DNA from: an uncultured Oscillospiraceae bacterium
GTDB lineage: Bacteria > Bacillota > Clostridia > Oscillospirales > Oscillospiraceae
DNA: 64,000 bases
Reading direction: 5' to 3'
NCBI GenBank assembly: GCA_947632005.1
Contig: CANRNU010000003.1
Coordinates: forward strand, 27,773-91,772
The first letter of the stretch is position 1. Each line of letters begins with the position of its first letter. This document shows positions 32,043-40,509 of the stretch, piece after piece. The notes beneath the pieces were generated by a model. The model saw only the letters and a list, made by a program, of their open reading frames with translations. It searched no databases and had not been told where the DNA came from. A program made the position numbers and the translations under genes.

Positions 32043-32911
32043 GGGAGCTCCTCCACTCCATACCGGCGGACGCCGTTTCGGTTTTCCACCCATATCCGTT
32101 TTTGGAACGCCCCCGCCGCCAGAAGCCTCCGACAGACCGCCCCCGGCGGCTCGTCCCGGCTCCCGTGGGCGGTGGCCAGCAGCCGCACTCCGCCGGCCGC
32201 CGCCTCCAGAAGGGCTGCCGCCTCTTCCTCGCTCCCCACCTCGTCCACCGCCAGGACCTGGGGATTCATGGCCCGCAGCAGCAGCCCCAGCGCCTGGGCC
32301 TTGGGCGCGCCGGTGAGCACGTCCGTGCAGGGCCCCACGTCAAAGGAGGGCGTCCCGGACCATGCGTCCGCGATCTCCCCCCGCTCGTCCGCCGCCGCCA
32401 CCCGCAGCCCGTCCTGACTCAGCCGCCGGACGATCTCCCGCAGGAGCGTGGTCTTGCCGGCCCCCGGCGGGGAGACGATCAGCGCGGAGCGAAAGCCTCC
32501 GGCGGTCAGCGCCGGCCATATGCCGTCGGCGCAGCCTGGCACAGCCCGGGGGATGCGGACGGCGAGAGAGGATATCTCCCGGACGGACTCCATGCCGGTC
32601 TGGGTCCACACCGCCGTGCCGCAGACCCCCACCCGGACGCCCCCGGGAGCGGAGAGAAATCCTCGGCGGAGCTGCTGGCCCGCCGTATGGAGGCTGGCCC
32701 CTGTGGCCGCCTCCAGCACCGCCCGCAGGTCCCGTTCCGTCACTGGCCCGGTCCCCAGGCCGTACTCCCGGCCCGCCAGCAGGGCCGCCGCCTCCCGGCC
32801 CCGGCGCAGCCGAAGTTCCTCGCAAATGCTCCTGCTGTCCCCGTCCAGGGCCAGCAGGCCCCGGCGCAGCCCGTCCGGCAGCAGAGCCGCCGCCGCCAAA
32901 AAACCGTCCAT
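32033..32911 (-). CDS. spoIIIAA: Stage III sporulation protein AA (AAA+ ATPase)
   Basis: Walker A SPPGAGKTTLLRE and Walker B-like LAVDEVG. Start set at ATG 32911 behind GAGGTGAG; the upstream part of the track ORF is AT-richer promoter DNA. Confidence 0.9.
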   Translation of the reverse strand: MDGFLAAAALLPDGLRRGLLALDGDSRSICEELRLRRGREAAALLAGREYGLGTGPVTERDLRAVLEAATGASLHTAGQQLRRGFLSAPGGVRVGVCGTAVWTQTGMESVREISSLAVRIPRAVPGCADGIWPALTAGGFRSALIVSPPGAGKTTLLREIVRRLSQDGLRVAAADERGEIADAWSGTPSFDVGPCTDVLTGAPKAQALGLLLRAMNPQVLAVDEVGSEEEAAALLEAAAGGVRLLATAHGSRDEPPGAVCRRLLAAGAFQKRIWVENRNGVRRYGVEELPCA

Positions 32912-32995
32912 GCTCTCACCTCGGGACAAGTCTATGCGGCCTGTCCCCCGGTCTATGACTGCTCCACTATTCACATACTGTTCACACACAATATG

Positions 32996-33024
32996 TTGAC
33001 ATTGCCCCTGGGATTTGGTAACAT
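32996..33024 (+). promoter_or_regulatory. Sigma-A-like extended -10 promoter for the 33070 gene (divergent from spoIIIA)
   Basis: TTGACA (32996-33001), 17 nt, TGgTAACAT (33016-33024). RBS AAAGGAG at 33055-33061. Confidence 0.5.
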
Positions 33025-33069
33025 ATTTCAGATTATATAGTAGTTTACAGTGAGAAAGGAGCGTGTCCC

Positions 33070-34170
33070 ATGCACCGCACACGCCTCATCGCCTTTCTGG
33101 CCGCGCTGGTCCTCATCCTCTCCCTCACCGTCCCCGCCCTGGCTGACGGGGAGCCGGCGAAAGAAGCTGCCACGTCTGTCTCCTATCAACTGGACGATGC
33201 CCCCAGCGGCTGGATATGCCGTACCGGCGACAAGATTTTTTATATGGACTACCAGCGCGACGGGGATGAAGTGCGGTATTATCTGACCGTGATGGAACCT
33301 GCCCTGGGCGGCTACCGTACCACGCAACTTTTCGAGATGCCCCAGACTACCATTGCGTCATTTCAGGGCCAGATATACCTCTGCTCCTGGAACGGTGACC
33401 GCCAGTGTATCCTCTCTGTCGACCCGGAGACATACCAGCAGACAGAGGTTATTTCCGCCGCGGACGGGGTGCATATCTCCCGCGTCCTGGGCGTGATAGA
33501 CGATAAGCTGTATATCTCCGCTTATGACGAGGGGCAGCCGGACTCCAGTCTTTACATCTATCACATCAACAGCGACAGCACTGTCCAACAGGACGTCTAT
33601 CTGGACGAACAGGGTCTGGAGCAGCTGTTTATGACAGTCCCCTCATTTCTCCCGCACAGACTGAGTCCCGGCTGCGACGGACTGTATGCGCTGACAGACG
33701 AAGGTACACTGCTCCATCTGACCACCTCCTTGGAGTATTTGGATGAGTACATCCTCCCGGATACAACGTTCATTTCCTCTGGCGTATATCTGACCGGTGA
33801 TACGCTGTACGGCCTCTCGCAAGACGGATTCGTCCGCATGAAAGTGGGCGGCTCGGACTATGAGCCCGTCACCCAGCGCATCCAGGAGCAGGGCGTCAGT
33901 GTTTTTGCCATCGACATGGACCAGGACTACCTCTATTTCTGCAATCTGTCGGAGGATGGTTCCGCTATGCTCTATCGGGCAGACGCCGGGACGCTGCAGG
34001 TCCAGCTGATGACCGAGCTGCCACTGGACATCTCCCTGTTCACCGACAACGGCATAGACGCCAGTTCCGTGAAAGCTTACTCCTACAAGCTGGACGAGAG
34101 CCACTTCATGCTCTGGCTGACCAACGCGCAGTTTAATCAGTGGCAGCTGGTCACCCTCCCCTCCCTCTGA
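33070..34170 (+). CDS. Secreted hypothetical protein with repeated hydrophobic-aromatic beta-strand motifs (possible beta-propeller, DUF5050-like)
   Basis: Signal peptide MHRTRLIAFLAALVLILSLTVPALA. Recurring (I/L)(F/Y)(Y/L)...D(G/E) motifs (IFYMDY, IYLCSW, LYISAY, LYALTDEG, LYGLSQDG, LYFCNLSEDG). No catalytic motif recognised. Confidence 0.7.
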   Translation: MHRTRLIAFLAALVLILSLTVPALADGEPAKEAATSVSYQLDDAPSGWICRTGDKIFYMDYQRDGDEVRYYLTVMEPALGGYRTTQLFEMPQTTIASFQGQIYLCSWNGDRQCILSVDPETYQQTEVISAADGVHISRVLGVIDDKLYISAYDEGQPDSSLYIYHINSDSTVQQDVYLDEQGLEQLFMTVPSFLPHRLSPGCDGLYALTDEGTLLHLTTSLEYLDEYILPDTTFISSGVYLTGDTLYGLSQDGFVRMKVGGSDYEPVTQRIQEQGVSVFAIDMDQDYLYFCNLSEDGSAMLYRADAGTLQVQLMTELPLDISLFTDNGIDASSVKAYSYKLDESHFMLWLTNAQFNQWQLVTLPSL

Positions 34171-34242
34171 TACCCATCGGGCCTCATGCGGTCCCCCGAC
34201 AATGACCGCAAATCCACAGCGTAAGGAGCACAGACCCATCCC

Positions 34243-35988
34243 ATGCGTAAGATCCTCACAGGCTATTGGGGGGAGTACAAAAATTCCCTCATCCTGACCC
34301 CCATCTTCGTGCTGCTGGAGACGGTGGTCACCCTGGCCCTGCCCACCCTGATGAGCAACATCGTGGACCAGGGCGTGGCCAACGGTGACCGGCAGTACAT
34401 CATCGTCTGCGGCCTTCTCATGACGGCCCTGGCCATCCTGAGCGTGGTCTCCGGCTATATCAGCACCTGGAACGCCTCCCGGGCGGCCAACGGCTTCGGC
34501 TCCAACCTGCGCCAGGCCATGTACCGGCACATCCAGGAGTTCTCCTTCGCAGACATCGACCGGTTCTCCACCGCCAGCCTCATCACCCGCACCACCAGCG
34601 ACGTGCGCCAGCTGCAGATGGCCGTGCAGATGATGCTGCGCACCTTTATCCAGGCCCCCTTCCAGCTGCTGGTTGCCATGACCATCGTCATCACCTACTC
34701 CTGGCGCCTGGCCCTCATCTACATGGTGGCGGTGCCGGTGCTGTTCATCGGCGTCGTCACAGTGATGACCCTGGTGGATAAGCTCTTCCTCATCGTCCAG
34801 CAGAAGCTGGACGCCATGAACGCGGACATCCAGGAGAATCTGATCGCCATCCGGGTGGTGAAGGCCTTCGTCCGCCAGCGTTACGAGCGGCAGAAGTTCA
34901 AAAAGGCCAACGACGAGCTGACGCGGGCCAACCTGAAGGCGGTGGGCGTGATCATCGCCATGAGCCCCCTGGCCACCATCGTGCTCAACGCGGTCACCCT
35001 GTGCATCTACTGGTTCGGCGGCCGGATGGTGGCCACGGGCCACATCGAATCCGGCCAGCTGCTGGCGGTCATCAGCTATCTGAACCAGATCATGATGAGC
35101 GTGATGATGTTCTCCATGGTGCTCATGCAGTACACCCGCTCCCGGGCCTGCGGCAAGCGCATCGCCGAGGTGCTGGACACGGTGCCGGACATCCAGGACG
35201 GACCGGACGCTCCGGCCCGCACCGTCGCCCCGGACCGCGGGAGCGTGGAGTTCCGGGACGTGTCCTTCCGCTACAAGCGCACCGGCAACGGCGAGGACGT
35301 GCTGAAAAACATCACCTTCTCCGCCGCCCCCGGCGAGACGGTAGCCATCGTGGGCGGCACCGGCTCCGGCAAGTCCAGCCTGGTGAACCTCATCCCCCGG
35401 TTCTACGACGTGACCGCCGGGCAGGTGCTGGTGGACGGCGTGGACGTGCGGGACTACCGCATCGAGGACCTGCGGGCCGCCATCGGCATGGTGCTGCAAA
35501 ATAACGTCCTGTTCTCCGGCACCATCCGGGAGAACATGGCCTGGGGCAATGAGCACGCCACCGACGAGGACATCATCGCCGCGCTGAAAAGTGCCCAGGC
35601 CTGGGATTTCGTCTCCCAGATGCCCGACGGGCTGGACACCTATATCCAGCAGGGCGGTACCAACGTCTCCGGCGGGCAGAAACAGCGGCTGTGCATCGCC
35701 CGGGCCATGCTGAAAAAGCCGGCCATCCTCATTCTGGACGACAGCACCAGCGCCGTGGACTCCGACACGGAAAGCCGCATCCGGGCCAGCTTCTCCCGGG
35801 AACTGAAAGACACCACCGTCTTCATCATCGCCCAGCGCATCTCCTCCGTGGTGAGCGCGGACAAGATCGTAGTCCTGGACGAGGGCCGCGTGGAGAGCGT
35901 AGGCACCCACGCCCAGCTCATGGAGCAGAGCCCCATCTACCGGGACATCTACACTTCACAGGTGGAGGAGGCGCTGTCCAATGGCTGA
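34243..35988 (+). CDS. ABC exporter, fused permease/ATPase, subunit with a degenerate catalytic site
   Basis: 6-TM domain plus NBD: Walker [10 protein letters not shown], signature VSGGQKQR, Walker [13 protein letters not shown] (Asp replaces the catalytic Glu, codons at 35737-35742). Confidence 0.92.
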   Translation: MRKILTGYWGEYKNSLILTPIFVLLETVVTLALPTLMSNIVDQGVANGDRQYIIVCGLLMTALAILSVVSGYISTWNASRAANGFGSNLRQAMYRHIQEFSFADIDRFSTASLITRTTSDVRQLQMAVQMMLRTFIQAPFQLLVAMTIVITYSWRLALIYMVAVPVLFIGVVTVMTLVDKLFLIVQQKLDAMNADIQENLIAIRVVKAFVRQRYERQKFKKANDELTRANLKAVGVIIAMSPLATIVLNAVTLCIYWFGGRMVATGHIESGQLLAVISYLNQIMMSVMMFSMVLMQYTRSRACGKRIAEVLDTVPDIQDGPDAPARTVAPDRGSVEFRDVSFRYKRTGNGEDVLKNITFSAAPGETVAIVGGTGSGKSSLVNLIPRFYDVTAGQVLVDGVDVRDYRIEDLRAAIGMVLQNNVLFSGTIRENMAWGNEHATDEDIIAALKSAQAWDFVSQMPDGLDTYIQQGGTNVSGGQKQRLCIARAMLKKPAILILDDSTSAVDSDTESRIRASFSRELKDTTVFIIAQRISSVVSADKIVVLDEGRVESVGTHAQLMEQSPIYRDIYTSQVEEALSNG

Positions 35989-37966
35989 GAAAAAGAGCAT
36001 CTGGGCCCAGCTCAAAGAGCGTCTGGCCGTGGACAATGTGGACGTCAACGACGAGAAGATCTACAAGGACGTGCGCGGCGGCCCCGGCGGCGGTCGGGAC
36101 TTCCGCAGGCCCAAGGACGCCAAGGGCACCCTCATCCGCATCCTGGGCTATGCAGGCCGGCGCAAAGGACTTTTCGTGCTGGTGCTGGTCACCATGCTGA
36201 TCTCCACCGTGTGCACCCTGGCGGCCAGCTATTACCTGCGGCCTCTCATCGACGACTATATCGTCCCCCTCATCACCAGTCCCGAAAAGAACTTCTCCGC
36301 CCTGGCAGGGCAGCTGGGCATTCTGGCGGGCATCTACCTGGCCAGCGCCGTGGCCACGTATTTCACCTCCCGGACCTGCATGACCCTGGCCCAGTGGGCC
36401 ACCAACACCCTGCGCCGGGACCTGTTCTCCGCCCTGCAGGAGCTCCCCATCACCTTCTTTGACGAACACACCCACGGCGAGCTCATGAGCCGGTTCTCCA
36501 ACGACGCAGACAACGTGCAGATGTGCCTGGAACAGGGCATCGTCCAATTCCTGTCCGGCATCATCACCTTTGTGGGCACGGTGGGTCTGATGATCAGCCT
36601 GAGCTGGAAGCTCTTCCTCATCACCCTTCTCACCATCGGTCTTTCCTTCGCCCTGGTGAAGGGGATCGGCCGGTATTCCCGCATCCTGTTCAAAAAGCAG
36701 CAGTCCTCCCTGGGCGCGCTGAACGGCTACATCGAGGAGATGCTGGACGGGCTGAAGGTGGTCAAGGCCTTCAACTACGAGGACCGGGCCAAGCGGGGCT
36801 TTGAGGCGCGCAACGACGAGTACCGGGAAAACGCCATCTTCGCCAACTTCCTGGGCAGCATCATCTTCCCCACCATGAACGCCGTCATGAACATCTGCTA
36901 CGCGGTCACCGCCGTGCTGGGCGGCTTCATGACCGTGGCCGGCTCCTTCACCATCGGCTCTCTGGGGGTGTACCTCAATTACATCCGGCAGGTGACCATG
37001 CCCATCAACATGATGTCGAACCAGGCCATCAACCTGTTCTCCGCCATCGCCGGCGCCGAGCGCATCTTCGCCATCATCGACCATGAGCCGGAGCCGGACG
37101 ACGGCACGGTCAGTCTGGTGACTGTGGACCGGTCTCCGGACGGCACCCTCACCGAGACCGGCCACGGGGAACGCACCGGCTTCTGGGCCTGGAAGATCCC
37201 CCAGGACGACGGGACATATCAGTTCAAGGAGGTCATGGGCAGCGTGCGGCTGGAGAACGTGAACTTCTCCTATGTGCCCGGAAAACCCGTGCTGCGGGAC
37301 TTCACCGTCTGGGCGGACCCGGGGCAGAAGATCGCCTTCGTTGGCTCCACCGGCGCGGGCAAGACCACGGTCACCAACCTCATCAACCGGTTCTACGAGA
37401 TCGACGGCGGCCGTATCCTCTTTGACGGCATCGACGTGAAGGACATCCAGAAGGCCGGCCTGCGCCGGAGCCTGGGCATCGTGCTGCAGGACACCAACCT
37501 CTTCACCGGCACGGTGATGGACAACATCCGCTACGGCAAACTGGACGCCACGGACGAGGAGTGCATCGCCGCGGCCAAGTCCGCCAACGCCCACGGCTTC
37601 ATCACCCGCCTTCCGGACGGATACGATACCATGATTACCGGCAACGGCCAGAATCTGTCCCAGGGCCAGCGGCAGCTGCTGGCCATCGCCCGCACCGCCG
37701 TGGCAAAGCACCCGGTGATGATCCTGGACGAGGCCACCAGCTCCATCGACACCCGCACGGAAAAGCTCATCGACCGGGGCATGGACGCGCTCATGGAGGG
37801 ACGGACGGTGTTTGTCATCGCCCACCGGCTGAGCACGGTCCGCAACGCCCGGGCCATTGTGGTCATCGAGCACGGCCAGATCGTGGAGCGGGGCAGCCAC
37901 GAGGAGCTGTTGGAACAAAAGGGCCGGTATTACATGCTCTATACCGGCCAGAGCGAGCTGGACTGA
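35981..37966 (+). CDS. ABC exporter, fused permease/ATPase, consensus-site subunit
   Basis: Walker [10 protein letters not shown], Walker [12 protein letters not shown], degenerate signature LSQGQ (37655-37669). Overlaps the partner gene by 8 nt. Confidence 0.92.
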   Translation: MAEKKSIWAQLKERLAVDNVDVNDEKIYKDVRGGPGGGRDFRRPKDAKGTLIRILGYAGRRKGLFVLVLVTMLISTVCTLAASYYLRPLIDDYIVPLITSPEKNFSALAGQLGILAGIYLASAVATYFTSRTCMTLAQWATNTLRRDLFSALQELPITFFDEHTHGELMSRFSNDADNVQMCLEQGIVQFLSGIITFVGTVGLMISLSWKLFLITLLTIGLSFALVKGIGRYSRILFKKQQSSLGALNGYIEEMLDGLKVVKAFNYEDRAKRGFEARNDEYRENAIFANFLGSIIFPTMNAVMNICYAVTAVLGGFMTVAGSFTIGSLGVYLNYIRQVTMPINMMSNQAINLFSAIAGAERIFAIIDHEPEPDDGTVSLVTVDRSPDGTLTETGHGERTGFWAWKIPQDDGTYQFKEVMGSVRLENVNFSYVPGKPVLRDFTVWADPGQKIAFVGSTGAGKTTVTNLINRFYEIDGGRILFDGIDVKDIQKAGLRRSLGIVLQDTNLFTGTVMDNIRYGKLDATDEECIAAAKSANAHGFITRLPDGYDTMITGNGQNLSQGQRQLLAIARTAVAKHPVMILDEATSSIDTRTEKLIDRGMDALMEGRTVFVIAHRLSTVRNARAIVVIEHGQIVERGSHEELLEQKGRYYMLYTGQSELD

Positions 37967-37967
37967 T

Positions 37968-38546
37968 ATGGATTTTTTCAAGGAAAACGTCAATGACACC
38001 TGGGAAGCCCTGCGGGCGGACTGCGCAAACTGCATGCGCTGCGAGCTGGGCCGGACCCGCCATAACCTAGTCTTCGGCGTAGGGAACGAACACGCGGACG
38101 TGATGTTCATCGGCGAGGGCCCCGGAGAGCAGGAGGACCTGCAGGGAGAGCCCTTCGTGGGCCCGGCGGGAAAGCTGCTGGACACCATGCTGGAGATCAT
38201 CGACCTGGACCGCACCATGGTCTACATCGCCAACATCGTCAAGTGCCGCCCGCCCCGGAACCGGGACCCCCTGCCCGACGAGCAGGCAGCCTGCATCGGC
38301 TGGCTGCACCGGCAGATCAGCCTGGTGGACCCAAAGATCATGGTCTTCCTGGGCCGCATCGCCGCCATGGCCTTCATCAAGCCCGATTTCCGCATCACCC
38401 GGGAACACGGCCAGTGGTTCGACGTGAACGGCCGCCGGGCCATGGCCATTTACCACCCCTCCGCTCTGCTCCGGGACCCCTCCAAGCGCCCCGAGACCTT
38501 TGTGGACCTGAAAACACTGCAACGGGAGATAAGAGACCTGTCATGA
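37968..38546 (+). CDS. Uracil-DNA glycosylase, family 4 (Fe-S type)
   Basis: MDFFKEN...CANCMRCEL...[36 protein letters not shown]...[13 protein letters not shown]. Starts 1 nt after the ABC stop. Confidence 0.9.
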   Translation: MDFFKENVNDTWEALRADCANCMRCELGRTRHNLVFGVGNEHADVMFIGEGPGEQEDLQGEPFVGPAGKLLDTMLEIIDLDRTMVYIANIVKCRPPRNRDPLPDEQAACIGWLHRQISLVDPKIMVFLGRIAAMAFIKPDFRITREHGQWFDVNGRRAMAIYHPSALLRDPSKRPETFVDLKTLQREIRDLS

Positions 38547-39445
38547 TCGAACTGCATCCGGTCACCCTGGCCGACAAACCCTGGATCGACGCGCTGGCGC
38601 TGGCGGAAAATTCCCCCAGCGCGGACTACAACTTCGGCAATATCTTTCTCTGGGACGAGACGTACCATCAGCAGGTGGGCAAACTGGATGGCCGGATGGT
38701 CTCCATGCCCTGCTATGAGGACACGCCCTTTTTTGCCTGGCCCATCGGCAGCGGCGACATCGTCCCCGTGCTGGACGAGATGCGCGCCCTGGCGGCGGGA
38801 CAGGGCTTCCCCTTCGTCCTGCGGGGCGTGACGGAAGACCACCTGCCCATGGTGAAGAGCCTCTGGGGCGACGCCTGCACCGTCACGGAGGAGCGGGACC
38901 TGTGGGATTATCTTTACGCCGCTGAGAAGCTGGACACCCTCTCCGGCAAGCACCTGCACGGCAAGCGCAATCACATCCACCGCTTCGAGCAGGAAAACGA
39001 CTGGTACTTCTCCCCCATCACCGCCGATGACATCCCCGCCTGCCGCCGGATGCTGGACCGCTGGATGGAGACCTGCGGTGAGGACGAGCGGGACGGCATC
39101 AACGACGAGTACGCGGCCATCCAGCGGGCGTTCCAATGCTATGACGCGCTGGGCCTGGACGGAGGTATGCTCTGGTCCGGCTCCCGGCTGGTGGCCTTCT
39201 CCATCGGGGAGATGGCCGCGGCGAATACCTTTGACGCCCATTTTGAGAAGGCGTACGCGGACATCAACGGGGCCTATACCATGATAAACCGGGAGTTCGT
39301 CCGCTATATCCGCTCTGTCCACCCTCAGGTGGAGTGGATTAACCGGGAAGACGACACGGGCCGCCCCAGTCTCCGGCAGTCCAAACTCAGCTATCATCCC
39401 GACCGGATGGTGGAAAAATACAAGGTGGTGCTGCATCATGGATAA
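38543..39445 (+). CDS. DUF2156 (MprF C-terminal / LPG_synthase_C-like) domain protein
   Basis: [18 protein letters not shown]...LSGKHLHGKRNHIHRFEQEN...: pattern of stand-alone PF09924-type proteins. ATGA overlap with the UDG gene. Confidence 0.75.
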   Translation: MIELHPVTLADKPWIDALALAENSPSADYNFGNIFLWDETYHQQVGKLDGRMVSMPCYEDTPFFAWPIGSGDIVPVLDEMRALAAGQGFPFVLRGVTEDHLPMVKSLWGDACTVTEERDLWDYLYAAEKLDTLSGKHLHGKRNHIHRFEQENDWYFSPITADDIPACRRMLDRWMETCGEDERDGINDEYAAIQRAFQCYDALGLDGGMLWSGSRLVAFSIGEMAAANTFDAHFEKAYADINGAYTMINREFVRYIRSVHPQVEWINREDDTGRPSLRQSKLSYHPDRMVEKYKVVLHHG

Positions 39446-40292
39446 CGTGACCATCCGCTCCTGGCGAAAGGAAGACCTGCCCCGGCTCGTCACCCTCTGG
39501 CAGGAGGGCTTTGGCGACGACAAAGCCTACATCGACGCATACCACTCCATCTATTTGAAGTCCGGCAGCTGCCTGGTAGCGGAGGCGGACGGCGAGGTGG
39601 TCTCCGCCATGTACATCATGAACGGCCCGCTGCTGTTCCCCCCTTCTGGCCGCTCCCTCTCCACGGCATACACATATGCCCTGACCACGGACAGAGCCTG
39701 GCGGGGCCGGGGCATCGGCGCGGCCGTATACAAGGCGTGTACGGCGGCTGCCCTGCAGTGGGCAGACGCCGCCTGTGTCCTGCCGTCGGAGCCCGGGCTG
39801 TACCCCTTTTATGAGAAGGCCACCGGCTGCATCCCCGTGAGCCGCATCCGGGAGGCCCGCATCTCCCTGGAGGACATCCCCGGCACCGCGAGAGACAACA
39901 TCGCGTCCATCTCCTCCGGGGAATACTATCTGCGCAGGAAGGCGCTGCTCCGGGGCCTTCCCTACGCCGTCATGACCCCCACGCTCCTCACCCTGGAAAC
40001 CCTCCATATGCGCCGCTTCGGCGGCGGCATGCTGGACCTGGACGGGGATATCGCTGCGGTGGAGATGGACGGGGACACCTGCCGTGTCCTGGAGCTGCTG
40101 GCCCCGGAGGGGGATTGGGCGGACGTGCTGGCCACGGTGGCCTATTGCTTCCCCGCCAAGCAGTACGATGTCCGCACGCCCCTGTTCTTCCCCGGTCCCG
40201 GCGAGGAACGGCCCTTCGTCCTGGCAGCCCTGGGCCCGGAGATCCGGGTGCCCCTGCCGGACGACCTGTGGTGGGGCTTCGCCTTTGACTGA
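39438..40292 (+). CDS. GNAT-family acetyltransferase with a C-terminal extension
   Basis: ...TTDRAWRGRGIGAAVYKA... (acetyl-CoA-binding R/Q-x-x-G-x-G/A motif). 284 aa. Overlaps the DUF2156 gene by 8 nt. Confidence 0.8.
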   Translation: MDNVTIRSWRKEDLPRLVTLWQEGFGDDKAYIDAYHSIYLKSGSCLVAEADGEVVSAMYIMNGPLLFPPSGRSLSTAYTYALTTDRAWRGRGIGAAVYKACTAAALQWADAACVLPSEPGLYPFYEKATGCIPVSRIREARISLEDIPGTARDNIASISSGEYYLRRKALLRGLPYAVMTPTLLTLETLHMRRFGGGMLDLDGDIAAVEMDGDTCRVLELLAPEGDWADVLATVAYCFPAKQYDVRTPLFFPGPGEERPFVLAALGPEIRVPLPDDLWWGFAFD

Positions 40293-40454
40293 GACACGGC
40301 CCGACGCCGGTCTCCCCTTGAAAATTTCCTGTTTTTTCAAAATTTAATACTTCTGTAATGTCCTCTCACTTGCTTTTGTAACATCCGGCCGGTAGACTGA
40401 TACTTGCAAGAGTCAGTTTCATCTTTTTCATTTTGTCCTCAATCCATAACGGAG

Positions 40455-40496
40455 ATCGCCGGAACACGAAAAGTTCCGGCGATTTTCTTTCATTTT
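40455..40496 (+). terminator. Strong intrinsic terminator 14 nt upstream of the GTPase-NYN start codon (operon terminator or leader attenuator)
   Basis: ATCGCCGGAAC-ACGAAAA-GTTCCGGCGAT (11-bp stem) followed by TTTCTTTCATTTT. RBS CAGGAG and ATG 40510 follow immediately. Confidence 0.75.
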
Positions 40497-40509
40497 CAGG
40501 AGTTCACGC

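Noticed and set aside
32925-32985. Sigma-E-type promoter for spoIIIAA (CATAGACC as -10, GTGAATAGT region as -35)
   Set aside because: The match to the KMATATT / CATACAHT consensus is weak. A promoter is expected here on biological grounds, but I cannot place it from sequence alone.
40367-40390. 7-codon mini-ORF (MSSHLLL*) as a possible leader peptide for the GTPase-NYN gene
   Set aside because: It has no Shine-Dalgarno sequence upstream and no obvious coupling to the terminator. It is too short to support without ribosome-profiling data.
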